Assembly (NCBI GenBank): GCA_019391515.1
Contig: JAHXQP010000020.1
Coordinates: 156,367-220,366 of the forward strand
Direction: 5' to 3'
From: Clostridiaceae bacterium
Lineage (GTDB): Bacteria > Bacillota > Clostridia > Tissierellales > Sporanaerobacteraceae
Length of the DNA: 64,000 bases
This document shows, in pieces, positions 36,755 to 45,955 of the stretch. Each line of letters starts with the position of its first letter. Position 1 is the first letter of the stretch. The notes beneath the pieces are model-generated. The model was given only the letters and a program-made list of their open reading frames with translations. It was not told the DNA's origin and did no database searches. The position numbers and the translations under genes were made by a program.

Positions 36755-37924
36755 ATGAACTTTTTTAAAAAAAACAAAAAATATATTAGTTTTTGCCTAA
36801 GTGTATTAATATTTTTATTGCCAATAAGTAAGAGTTTTGCAGAAAGTAAACTTGATATAGATGCTAAGTCAGCTATACTTATAGATTCTTCTTCAGGAGA
36901 GATTATATATGAGAAAAAAGCTCATGAGAGACTTCATCCGGCTAGTATCACTAAGATAATGGTTTTGTTATTAACTATGGAATCTATTGAAAAAAACGAA
37001 ATAAATCTTGAAGATGAGGTAACTATATCTGCTAATGCAGCAGGAATGGGTGGAAGCCAGGTTTATTTAGAGGAGGGAGAGGTTCAGAATGTAGAGGAAC
37101 TTCTTACGGCTATCTGTTTGCGTTCAGCTAATGATGCAAGTGTAGCGATGGCGGAATATATATCAGGTAGCGAAGAATCTTTTATAAATAAGATGAATGA
37201 GAGAGCTAAAGAGCTAGGCATGAAAAATACATCTTTTAAAAATGCAACAGGACTTCCTGCAGAAAACCATTATACATCTGCTTATGATATAAGTATAATG
37301 GCAAGAGAACTTTTAAAATATACTAAAATTCACGAGTGGTTGACAGTCTGGATGAAAGAAATGAAAGTAGGAAAAGATAAAGAAATAGTTCAAGGATTAG
37401 TGAACACTAATAGACTTATAAAAGAATATGAAGGAGCTAATGGTATAAAAACAGGTTCTACTCAAGATGCAGGATTTTGTTTGGCAGCTTCAGCAGAGAG
37501 AGGAAACTTAAAGCTTATTTCAGTAGTATTAGGATGTGAAACCTCAAAGATAAGATTTGATGAAAGCAAAAAGCTTTTAGATTATGGATTTTCAAATTAT
37601 GATTCTGTTACTATAGCTAGAAAAAATGATATTATAGATAAAGTATTGGTCCAAAAAGGGAATGTAGAAAAAGCAGATGTTGTTTTAGAAAAAGATGCAT
37701 ATATACTTTTACCCAAAGATTCTAAAGCGAAAGTAGAAAAAGAAATCATATTACCTAAATCTATTAATGCACCTGTAGATAAAGGTAAAAAAGTAGGAGA
37801 AATGATTTTAAGTGTTGATGGAAAAGAGATTCAGAAAATAAACTTATTGATTAATAATACAATAGATAAAGCAGGATTTAAAAATATGTTTAAGAAAAGT
37901 TTTAATAAACTTTTAACTCAATAG
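36755..37924 (+). CDS. dacF: D-alanyl-D-alanine carboxypeptidase DacF
   Basis: Signal peptide, PASITK, SAN, KTG, C-terminal amphipathic helix; follows punA-pdp. Confidence 0.85.
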   Translation: MNFFKKNKKYISFCLSVLIFLLPISKSFAESKLDIDAKSAILIDSSSGEIIYEKKAHERLHPASITKIMVLLLTMESIEKNEINLEDEVTISANAAGMGGSQVYLEEGEVQNVEELLTAICLRSANDASVAMAEYISGSEESFINKMNERAKELGMKNTSFKNATGLPAENHYTSAYDISIMARELLKYTKIHEWLTVWMKEMKVGKDKEIVQGLVNTNRLIKEYEGANGIKTGSTQDAGFCLAASAERGNLKLISVVLGCETSKIRFDESKKLLDYGFSNYDSVTIARKNDIIDKVLVQKGNVEKADVVLEKDAYILLPKDSKAKVEKEIILPKSINAPVDKGKKVGEMILSVDGKEIQKINLLINNTIDKAGFKNMFKKSFNKLLTQ

Positions 37925-37932
37925 ATATAATT

Positions 37933-37989
37933 AGCTAGATATATTGTATTTTTTTAGAATTAATTATACAATATATCTAGCTTTATTTT
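37933..37989 (+). terminator. 17-bp inverted repeat after dacF
   Basis: AGCTAGATATATTGTAT-N16-ATACAATATATCTAGCT then TTATTTT. Confidence 0.65.
37943..37972. promoter_or_regulatory. Symmetric sigmaA promoter pair within the inverted repeat
   Basis: + strand TTGTAT(37944-49)-N17-TACAAT(37967-72); - strand TTGTAT(37971-66)-N17-TACAAT(37948-43). Confidence 0.6.
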
Positions 37990-37997
37990 GAGGGTGG

Positions 37998-38600
37998 GTG
38001 TTATATATGGTTTTAGAAAAGTTAATTTCTCTACCAGGCCTGTTGATAGCCATAATATTTCATGAGTTAGCTCATGGATATACTGCTTATAAATTAGGAG
38101 ATCCTACTGCAAAGGAATCAGGAAGACTGACAGTTAATCCATTAAAACACATTGATGTAGTAGGATTTTTATTTATGCTGATTTTTAGATTTGGGTGGGC
38201 TAAGCCTGTACCTATTAATCCAAGTTATTTTAAGAATAGAAAAAGAGATACTATATTAGTGTCATTAGCAGGTCCTCTGACAAATTTTATAATAGCTATA
38301 ATATCTGCACTAATAATATCTGCTAATTTTATTGAAAATGCCATTATCATAGATATTTTAGTAATAACTTTGTGGTATAATATTATGTTAGGGGTGTTCA
38401 ACTTATTACCTTTTCCTCCTTTAGACGGTTCAAAAATAATTGCAAGTATTCTTCCTGAAAAGTGGGAATATAAATTTTATAAATATGAAAGGTATTTCTA
38501 TTTAATATTAGTTTTTTTAATTATAAGCGATACTATAGATAAAATACTAGGACCTTTAATAAATATGAGTCTAAATATTTTATTGAAAATAGTTACTTAA
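37998..38600 (+). CDS. Site-2 protease family (M50) membrane metalloprotease
   Basis: HELAHG, GDPTA...GRLT.NPL.HID, GWAKPVP, AGP..N, FNLLP.PPLDG. Confidence 0.93.
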   Translation: MLYMVLEKLISLPGLLIAIIFHELAHGYTAYKLGDPTAKESGRLTVNPLKHIDVVGFLFMLIFRFGWAKPVPINPSYFKNRKRDTILVSLAGPLTNFIIAIISALIISANFIENAIIIDILVITLWYNIMLGVFNLLPFPPLDGSKIIASILPEKWEYKFYKYERYFYLILVFLIISDTIDKILGPLINMSLNILLKIVT

Positions 38601-38612
38601 AGGAGTTTTTAT

Positions 38613-39386
38613 ATGAAATATAAAGTGGTTTTAAATACTTTTGAAGGGCCTTTAGACTTATTATTGCATTTAATAGAAAAAGCTAAAGTTGATATTTATG
38701 ATATACCTATTAGTGAAATAACAGATCAATATATGGAATATTTGAACAAAGCTGAGGAAATTGATATGGAAATAACTAGTGAATTTTTAGTTATGGCCTC
38801 TACTTTATTAGAAATTAAATCTAAAATGTTATTACCTTCTGTTAAGGAAGATGATGAAGGAATTCAGATGGAAATGGAAGAAGTAGATCCTAGAATGGAA
38901 TTGGTAAAAAGATTGGTTGAATATAAAAAATATAAAAAAGCAGCTGAAAAACTTAAAGCCTATGAGCAAAGACAAAATAAAATTTTTTATAAACCTAAGG
39001 AAGAAATTTCTCAATATATAATAGAAGATGTAGAAGAAGACACAATATTGGATGATATTGAACTAGGTCAATTAGCAGATATATTAAATAATATACTAAA
39101 GAAAAGAAAGATAAAAACAGAACCTATAGATATTAACGAGATACAAAGAGATGAAATTACTCTTGAAGAGTGTATGGAAGATTTAAAATTTAGATTAAAA
39201 TTAGAAAGAAAAATTAATTTCAGTCAATTGTTTGATGAGGACACAACAAACTCAGAAATTATAATAACTTTTCTATCAATTTTAGAACTTGCCAAATTAA
39301 GGTATATTAGAATAAAACAAAAGAACAATTTTTCAGATATTGTTTTAATTAAAAAACCACTTGAAGGGGTGGCTAGTAATGGATAA
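38613..39386 (+). CDS. scpA: Segregation and condensation protein A
   Basis: FEGPLDLLL.LI, I..IT.QY, EFLVMA.TL..IKS, FL..LEL. Confidence 0.96.
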   Translation: MKYKVVLNTFEGPLDLLLHLIEKAKVDIYDIPISEITDQYMEYLNKAEEIDMEITSEFLVMASTLLEIKSKMLLPSVKEDDEGIQMEMEEVDPRMELVKRLVEYKKYKKAAEKLKAYEQRQNKIFYKPKEEISQYIIEDVEEDTILDDIELGQLADILNNILKKRKIKTEPIDINEIQRDEITLEECMEDLKFRLKLERKINFSQLFDEDTTNSEIIITFLSILELAKLRYIRIKQKNNFSDIVLIKKPLEGVASNG

Positions 39387-39912
39387 AAAAGAAGTCAAAT
39401 CAATTATTGAAGCACTTTTATTTATTTGGGGGGATCCTTTGTCTTTAAAAGATATTTCTTATGTTTTAGAAATAGATGAAAAAAAAACTAAAGAAATAAT
39501 ACATGAAATGATTGATGAGTTTAATTTTGAAAGAAGAGGAATTAAGATAATTCAAATAGAAAATAATTATCAATTAGGTACTAGAGCTGAACATTTTAAG
39601 TGGATAGAAAAGCTAAACATGCCAAAAACAAAGAAGAATTTATCTAATGCAGCTTTAGAAACATTGTCAATAATTGCTTATAGACAACCTATAACAAAAA
39701 GTGAAATAGAAGCTATTAGAGGTGTGAGATGTGATAAATCTTTAGATACTTTGCTGGAAAAAGAAATTATTGAGGAGAAAGGTAGGCTGGAAAAAACAGG
39801 AAGACCCATAATATATGGTACTACCAAACAATTTTTAAGATATTTTGGTTTAAAAAATTTAAATGAATTACCGCCATTGAATAATTTTAAAACCAATAAT
39901 GAAAGAAAATAA
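39379..39912 (+). CDS. scpB: Segregation and condensation protein B
   Basis: IEALLF, LS.AALETL.IIAY.QP.T..EIE.IRGV, GRP..YGTT..FL..FGL; start ATG 39379. Confidence 0.96.
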   Translation: MDKKEVKSIIEALLFIWGDPLSLKDISYVLEIDEKKTKEIIHEMIDEFNFERRGIKIIQIENNYQLGTRAEHFKWIEKLNMPKTKKNLSNAALETLSIIAYRQPITKSEIEAIRGVRCDKSLDTLLEKEIIEEKGRLEKTGRPIIYGTTKQFLRYFGLKNLNELPPLNNFKTNNERK

Positions 39913-39921
39913 TACATTTTT

Positions 39922-39951
39922 GTGTTATTTTCTTTTTTTATGGAAATAATA
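39922..39951 (+). promoter_or_regulatory. Possible sigmaF promoter of ytfI-gerW
   Basis: -10 GGAAATAATA is consensus; -35 GTGTT is weak. Confidence 0.4.
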
Positions 39952-39986
39952 GTTATTAGCCTTTTATATCATAATGAGGTGAATTT

Positions 39987-40592
39987 ATGAATTGGTTTTT
40001 TATTGTTTTATTAATTATAGTAGCAATAATAATATTATTATTATTTTGGCCTTTATACATAGTTATTGACTTTAAGAAAAAAGAAAATAATAAATTTAAT
40101 ATCCACTTAATAGCATTAAAAGGACTAATTAAATATAAAATTTATAATGAAAAAAAAATGTTAAGACGTAAGAAACAAAACAAGGATGTTAAAAACAACA
40201 GATTACAAATAAAAAAGTACTTAGTATATTATGATCAATATAAAAAAGTAATTTCTTTTTTTTTGAGAAAGGGACATTTAAAGAAATTATATTGGGTAAC
40301 TAGTGTGGGAACAGAAGATGCAGCTTTAACTGGTATATATACGGGAATTCTTTGGGCCATAAAAAACTCCATTATTTCTATTTTTATAAACAAAACAGAA
40401 GTTGATGAAATTTATATAGATGTACATCCAGATTTTAATGAAAAGAAATTTGAAATTATATTTAATTGTATAATTAAATGTAATTTGGTTTATATTATTA
40501 TTGTAAGTTTATATGGATTTAGTATAAAAAAGGTGGTGAATAAAGATGCCAGAACATCCAATAGAAGGATTAATGAAAACTACAATGAATAG
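39987..40592 (+). CDS. ytfI: DUF2953 (YtfI-like) membrane protein
   Basis: N-terminal TM, GTEDAA.TGI.TG..WA, P.F; upstream of gerW. Confidence 0.82.
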   Translation: MNWFFIVLLIIVAIIILLLFWPLYIVIDFKKKENNKFNIHLIALKGLIKYKIYNEKKMLRRKKQNKDVKNNRLQIKKYLVYYDQYKKVISFFLRKGHLKKLYWVTSVGTEDAALTGIYTGILWAIKNSIISIFINKTEVDEIYIDVHPDFNEKKFEIIFNCIIKCNLVYIIIVSLYGFSIKKVVNKDARTSNRRINENYNE

Positions 40593-40974
40593 TATAAAGG
40601 AAATGGTAGATGTAAATACAATAGTTGGAGATCCTGTTCAATCACCAGATGGATTAGTTATTATACCTATTTCAAAGGTATCTTTCGGCTTTGCATCTGG
40701 TGGAACTGAATTTAACGATATGACTAGAAGAAACAAGAAAGATGATTATAGTACTGAAGAAAAGCAATTGCCTTTTGGAGGAGGAGCTGGGGCTGGAGTA
40801 TCGATTCAACCAATAGCTTTCATGGTAGTAGGAAATGAACAGATAAAAATGTTACCAGTAGATGAAGGAAGTAATGCAATAAACAATGTTCTTGATTTAG
40901 CAGGAAAACTTGCTACTGATCTTATGAACAAAAATAACACTAATAGTGAAGTTAATAATATTGAAACTAGTTAA
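40546..40974 (+). CDS. gerW: GerW/YtfJ sporulation protein
   Basis: HPIEGLM.TTM..IKEMVDVNTIVGDP, IP.SKVSFGF..GG, PFGGG.GAGVSI.P.AF. Confidence 0.93.
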   Translation: MPEHPIEGLMKTTMNSIKEMVDVNTIVGDPVQSPDGLVIIPISKVSFGFASGGTEFNDMTRRNKKDDYSTEEKQLPFGGGAGAGVSIQPIAFMVVGNEQIKMLPVDEGSNAINNVLDLAGKLATDLMNKNNTNSEVNNIETS

Positions 40975-40996
40975 GAAGCAGAAAACATCTGCTTCT
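40974..40996 (+). terminator. Hairpin after gerW
   Basis: AGAAGCAGA-AAACA-TCTGCTTCT. Confidence 0.5.
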
Positions 40997-41044
40997 ATTA
41001 TTTAATATGAAAGAATAAAAAAACATATGATTGGAGGGTGAAAT

Positions 41045-42133
41045 TTGAAATTTAAAACTGTTATTATATCTCTTATAATTTTATTTTTAATAAATTCCAT
41101 ATCATATAGTAGTCCTGAAATAGATGCAGAAAGTGGTCTACTTATAGATGTAAAATCTGGTAGGATACTTTATACTTTAAACCCTCATAAAAAGCTACCA
41201 ATGGCTAGTACAACAAAGATAATGACAGCTTTAGTTGCATTAGAAAATGGAAAATTAGATGAAAAAATTAAAGTAAAGAAAAAATTTGTAGGAGTAGAAG
41301 GGTCAAGTATATATATATATGAAGGCGAAGAAATAAGCCTAAAAGATCTATTGTATGGTTTAATGCTTAGATCTGGTAATGATGCCGCTATGGTAATTGC
41401 AGATCATGTTGCTGGAGATACAGATAAGTTTATTGAATTAATGAATAGCAAAGCAAAAGAAATAGGAGCTTTGAATACAAACTTTACTAATCCTCATGGC
41501 TTAGAAGATGAAAACCACTATACAACTGCTCATGATTTAGGACTTATTACAAGAGAAGCATTAAAACATGATGTTTTTAAGGAAATAGTAAGTAGTAAAT
41601 CATGGACAGCAGATAGAGATAAGAATAATTATTTCTATAATAAAAATAAAACTTTATGGCAATATGAAGGTGGTGATGGAGTTAAAACTGGGTATACAAA
41701 ACGAGCTGGAAGATGTTTAGTTTCAAGTGCTACTAAAAATGGTATGCAATTGGTTTCTGTAGTTTTAAACGATGGAAATTGGTTTAACGATTGTTATGAA
41801 TTATTAGATTATGGCTTTGATAATTATAAGCCTTATTTTTTGTATGATGAAGGACAATTTATAAAGAATATAAAAGTAGAAGATGGTAGTAAAGAATATT
41901 TGCCAGTAGTTACAAATACATCTTGTATTTTGCCACTTAAGGAGAAAGAAAAAGAAAACATTAAAATAACTATAGATTTACCTAAAAAAATAACCCCTCC
42001 TATAAAAGAAGGAAAGGTACTTGGAAAGATATCTGTATATTTAGATGGAGAACTAATATATACGAGTAATTTAGTTTCAAAAGAAGAGATAAAGGAATTA
42101 AATTTCTTTACAAAGCTAAAAAAGAGCCTATAG
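41045..42133 (+). CDS. dacB: D-alanyl-D-alanine carboxypeptidase (DacB-like)
   Basis: MASTTK, RSGND, KTG.T..AGR; position after ytfI-gerW. Confidence 0.82.
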   Translation: MKFKTVIISLIILFLINSISYSSPEIDAESGLLIDVKSGRILYTLNPHKKLPMASTTKIMTALVALENGKLDEKIKVKKKFVGVEGSSIYIYEGEEISLKDLLYGLMLRSGNDAAMVIADHVAGDTDKFIELMNSKAKEIGALNTNFTNPHGLEDENHYTTAHDLGLITREALKHDVFKEIVSSKSWTADRDKNNYFYNKNKTLWQYEGGDGVKTGYTKRAGRCLVSSATKNGMQLVSVVLNDGNWFNDCYELLDYGFDNYKPYFLYDEGQFIKNIKVEDGSKEYLPVVTNTSCILPLKEKEKENIKITIDLPKKITPPIKEGKVLGKISVYLDGELIYTSNLVSKEEIKELNFFTKLKKSL

Positions 42134-42144
42134 GCTCTTTTTTA
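42117..42144 (+). terminator. 28-bp perfect palindrome over dacB stop
   Basis: TAAAAAAGAGCCTA|TAGGCTCTTTTTTA. Confidence 0.75.
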
Positions 42145-42217
42145 TTGCATTAAAATAGTAACAAAATATCTTTAAATTAATATTTTATTAATAAGTGATG
42201 AAAGAGGGGGAGGTTTT

Positions 42218-43141
42218 ATGGCTAATCTTTTCAAATGTATAGATGCAGGAACAAAATATTGTCCTTGTATTCTGGCAGAGACTATGGATTGTGTGTCTTG
42301 TTCGCAATTACAAGGAAGAGAATTTTGTGATTGTGAATGGAATGGATTGTGTATTTTGAATGAGTATTATATGAACAATAAAAAAGCAAAAAAAAATAGG
42401 ATGAATTATAAAGGGGTTTTAGTTAAGAAGAAAAAAATAGCTGACAAATTATATTTGTTAAAAATTGAAACGGATAAAGATCTTGTACAAGAATTAAATA
42501 GATCAGGTTCTTATGTATTTATAAGAGGGGAAGGAGAAGAAAGTCATTTTGATGTACCTATGTCTATACTAGATACTGAAGAAAATAAGTATATAAGAAT
42601 ATTATATAAGCTTAGAGGATGTAAGACAAAAACTTTGAACAATAGTAGTGAATATATAATAAGGGGACCTTATTGGAATGGTGTATTAGGGATTAAATAT
42701 TTAAAAGAAATTAAAAATTCTAATTGTCTAGTAATAGCAAAAGGTATGGGGCAAGCATCTGTAGGTTTAGTAATTAAGGAGATGCTTAGAAATAACAATA
42801 AAGTGATATTTATTTTGGATAAAGGTGATTTAGATAAAGTTTATATAGACAATAAAAGAATAAAGATATTGAAATGTGATATAGATCATGAAAAAGAAAA
42901 AATTTTAAAGTTAATTGAAGAAAAAAATATAAAATTATTATTTAGTGCTGGTTCAGACTTATTACATGAATCAGTACATGAAATGCTGAAATATGCTAAC
43001 AAAGATATTAAACTTATGACAACAAACAATTCTAAACTCTGTTGTGGTGAAGGTATATGTGGTTCTTGCACCAACAGGACTAAAGAAGGACAAAGAGTAA
43101 AGCTTTGTAAAGGGAAGGTTAATCAAAAAATATTTTATTGA
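42218..43141 (+). CDS. PyrK/sulfide dehydrogenase beta-like FAD/NAD/[2Fe-2S] protein with Cys-rich N-terminal extension
   Basis: 8 Cys in first 45 aa; P.SI FAD motif; RGPY.NG; C-terminal CCGEGICGSC...LC. Confidence 0.75.
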   Translation: MANLFKCIDAGTKYCPCILAETMDCVSCSQLQGREFCDCEWNGLCILNEYYMNNKKAKKNRMNYKGVLVKKKKIADKLYLLKIETDKDLVQELNRSGSYVFIRGEGEESHFDVPMSILDTEENKYIRILYKLRGCKTKTLNNSSEYIIRGPYWNGVLGIKYLKEIKNSNCLVIAKGMGQASVGLVIKEMLRNNNKVIFILDKGDLDKVYIDNKRIKILKCDIDHEKEKILKLIEEKNIKLLFSAGSDLLHESVHEMLKYANKDIKLMTTNNSKLCCGEGICGSCTNRTKEGQRVKLCKGKVNQKIFY

Positions 43142-43155
43142 TAGAGGTGATTTAA

Positions 43156-44436
43156 TTGGATACTGTAGTTATAATAGGTGGGGGATGGGCAGGATGTGCA
43201 GCAAGTATATCTGCTAGAAAAGCAGGAGCAAAAGTAGTTTTAATAGAGAGAACAGACATGCTTCTTGGATTGGGAAATGTTGGAGGAATAATGAGAAACA
43301 ATGGTAGATTTACTGCTACAGAGGAAAATATATACTTAGGAGCAAATGAATTATTCGAAATAACAGATAAACTATCAAGACATAAAAATATAGAGTTTCC
43401 AGGTCACAAACATGGAAGTCTTTATGATGTAACAAAAGTTGAGCCGGAAGTAAAGAAACTTTTGGATTCTTTAGATATAGAAGTTATTACTAGAAAAAGG
43501 GTTGTAGATGTTATAATGGATAAGAACACTATTAAAAGTATAATACTTGATGATGAGAGTATTATTGATGGAGATGCATTTATAGATACTACAGGTTCAA
43601 CAGGGCCTATGGGAAATTGTCTCAAATATGGCAATGGATGTTCTATGTGTATACTTAGATGTCCTACTTTTGGACCTAGAATAAGTATTAGCCAAAAAGC
43701 AGGAGTTAAAGATCTAATAGGGAAAAAAAGTGATGGTAGTTGTGGAGCTTTTAGTGGTTCTTGTAAATTGAATAAAGACTCACTAAGTAAAAATATTAAA
43801 AAAGAATTAAATGAAAAGGGAGTAGTCATAGTTCCAGTACCTATAGAAAGAATAGATATGAGCAAATTATCTAAAAAAGTATGCCAACAGTATGCCTTAA
43901 AAGAATATGCAGAGAATTTAATTTTATTAGATACTGGTCATGCTAAACTTATGACATCTTTTTATCCGCTAGAGGATTTAAGAAAAATTAAAGGGTTTGA
44001 GAATGCTCGGTATGAAGATCCTTATTCTGGCGGGGTAGGAAATTCTGTAAGATACTTATCTATGGCACCTAGAGACAATACTATGAAAGTAATAGGGGTA
44101 GACAATCTATTTTGTGGAGGAGAAAAGTCGGGTTTATTTGTAGGGCATACTGAAGCAATCTCAACGGGAAGTTTAGCAGGACATAATAGTGTTAGATTTA
44201 TTAAAGAAAATAAACTTTTAGAAATCCCTAGAAGTATAGCTGTAGGAGATATTATTGCATATGCCAATGAAATGATTAGGGATAAAGAAGGCCTTACAAA
44301 AAGATATACTTTTGCTGGGGACAATTATTTTGAAAGAATGAAAAGATTGAGTTTATATACTACTGATAAAGAGATAATAAGAAAAAGAATAGAAGATAGT
44401 GGATTACTTAATATTTATGATAGATCTTTTATTTAA
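43156..44436 (+). CDS. GidA/TrmFO-like FAD-dependent oxidoreductase of unknown function
   Basis: IIGGGWAGC.A...A, DTTG, NCLKYGNGCSMCILRCP, GEKSGLFVGHTEA..TG.LAGHN. Confidence 0.75.
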   Translation: MDTVVIIGGGWAGCAASISARKAGAKVVLIERTDMLLGLGNVGGIMRNNGRFTATEENIYLGANELFEITDKLSRHKNIEFPGHKHGSLYDVTKVEPEVKKLLDSLDIEVITRKRVVDVIMDKNTIKSIILDDESIIDGDAFIDTTGSTGPMGNCLKYGNGCSMCILRCPTFGPRISISQKAGVKDLIGKKSDGSCGAFSGSCKLNKDSLSKNIKKELNEKGVVIVPVPIERIDMSKLSKKVCQQYALKEYAENLILLDTGHAKLMTSFYPLEDLRKIKGFENARYEDPYSGGVGNSVRYLSMAPRDNTMKVIGVDNLFCGGEKSGLFVGHTEAISTGSLAGHNSVRFIKENKLLEIPRSIAVGDIIAYANEMIRDKEGLTKRYTFAGDNYFERMKRLSLYTTDKEIIRKRIEDSGLLNIYDRSFI

Positions 44437-44438
44437 AT

Positions 44439-44466
44439 TTGAAAATATACAATAAAGTATTAGAAT
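44439..44466 (+). promoter_or_regulatory. sigmaA promoter for rluB
   Basis: TTGAAA-N16-TAGAAT. Confidence 0.5.
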
Positions 44467-44499
44467 ATAGATAGGCTTTAGATAAGAAAGGAGTTTAAA

Positions 44500-45207
44500 A
44501 TGAGATTACAAAAGTACATGGCTCTTTGTGGTATAGCTTCAAGGAGAAAATCAGAGGAAATTATTTTGGAGGGAAGAGTAAAGGTAAATGGGAAAGTTAT
44601 AAATGAATTAGGAGTGAAGATACAGCCAGGGAGAGATATAGTAATTGTTGATGGTAAAGATATTAAAATGGAAGAGAAAAAAGTGTATATAATGCTAAAT
44701 AAACCTATTGGATATGTAACTACTGTTAAAGATGAGTTTAATAGAAATAAGGTTATAGATTTAATTGATGGAGTTGAAGAAAGAATATATCCAGTGGGAA
44801 GATTAGATTATGATACATCTGGATTGTTGCTTTTAACAAATGATGGAGAAATAACTTATAAATTAACCCATCCAAGTAATGAAGTTAAAAAAACATATAT
44901 TGGAAAAGTTAGAGGGGCTCCTACTGAAGCGGAACTTGAAAAGTTTAGAAATGGATTGAAGATTGATAATTATATTACCACAAAGGCAGAAATTAAGATT
45001 CTAAAAAAGAGTAAAGGCTGCTCATTATTAGTTATGGAAATACATGAAGGAAGAAACAGGCAGATAAGAAAGATGTGTGCTGCTATAAATCATCCTATAA
45101 TTAAATTAAAAAGGGTAGCTATTGGTAAGCTGAAATTAGGGGATTTAAAATTAGGAGACTGGAGATATTTAAAAAACAAAGAAGTAGAATATTTAAAAAA
45201 ACTTTAA
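44500..45207 (+). CDS. rluB: rRNA pseudouridine synthase (RluB/RsuA family)
   Basis: S4 domain, NKP.GY, PVGRLDYDTSGLLLLTNDG, EGRNRQIRKM. Confidence 0.93.
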   Translation: MRLQKYMALCGIASRRKSEEIILEGRVKVNGKVINELGVKIQPGRDIVIVDGKDIKMEEKKVYIMLNKPIGYVTTVKDEFNRNKVIDLIDGVEERIYPVGRLDYDTSGLLLLTNDGEITYKLTHPSNEVKKTYIGKVRGAPTEAELEKFRNGLKIDNYITTKAEIKILKKSKGCSLLVMEIHEGRNRQIRKMCAAINHPIIKLKRVAIGKLKLGDLKLGDWRYLKNKEVEYLKKL

Positions 45208-45260
45208 TATTTTAACTTCGGTAAATATTTAAAACCGAAGTTAAAATATTAAACATTTTT
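45203..45260 (+). terminator. Terminator after rluB
   Basis: 20-bp perfect stem TTTAATATTTTAACTTCGGT-N11-ACCGAAGTTAAAATATTAAA. Confidence 0.75.
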
Positions 45261-45367
45261 CATAATTATGATTTTGTATTTAAAAGCATCTTATTTCTAA
45301 TATAATGAAAATAGACAAAACTATATTTTTTAAAAAAATACTATATATAATATGGAGTTGACATTAA

Positions 45368-45940
45368 ATGGGTTATAGATATTTTATAAATGCTGTAGAG
45401 TTGGCAAAAAAAATAATGAAAGATACTATTTTACCAGGAGATATTGCCATAGATTGCACTGTAGGAAAAGGGAATGATACTCTATTATTAGCTAAATTAG
45501 TAGGACCTTTGGGTAAGGTTTATGGGTTTGATATTCAATTAAATGCCTTAGATTATACTAAAGGGAAGCTTAAAGAAGAAAATTTAATAGATAGGGTTAA
45601 ACTTATTTACGATGGTCATGAAAATGTTTTGAATTACATAGAAGATAAAAAAGTTAAACTTGTAATATTTAATTTAGGTTACTTACCAACAGGAGATCAT
45701 AATGTTGTTACAAAGCCTAAAACAACTATTAAGGGAATAAAGGGTTCTTTAAAGTTATTGTGCAAGAATGGTATTCTTCTTATAGCTAGTTATATAGGCC
45801 ATAATGGAGGTTTAGAAGAAAAAGAAAGAATAGAAGAATTTTTAAATAATCTTGACCAAAAAACTTACAGTGTTTTAAAGTTTCAATTTGTCAACCAGAT
45901 TAACAATCCGCCAATACTATATGGCGTAGAAAAACTTTAA
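45368..45940 (+). CDS. mnmM: YtqB/MnmM-family SAM methyltransferase (tRNA mnm5U34 pathway)
   Basis: D.T.G.G.DT, FDIQ, FNLGYLP.GD, TT, Y.GH.GG.EE. Confidence 0.75.
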   Translation: MGYRYFINAVELAKKIMKDTILPGDIAIDCTVGKGNDTLLLAKLVGPLGKVYGFDIQLNALDYTKGKLKEENLIDRVKLIYDGHENVLNYIEDKKVKLVIFNLGYLPTGDHNVVTKPKTTIKGIKGSLKLLCKNGILLIASYIGHNGGLEEKERIEEFLNNLDQKTYSVLKFQFVNQINNPPILYGVEKL

Positions 45941-45955
45941 ATAGGAGGGGTAAAG

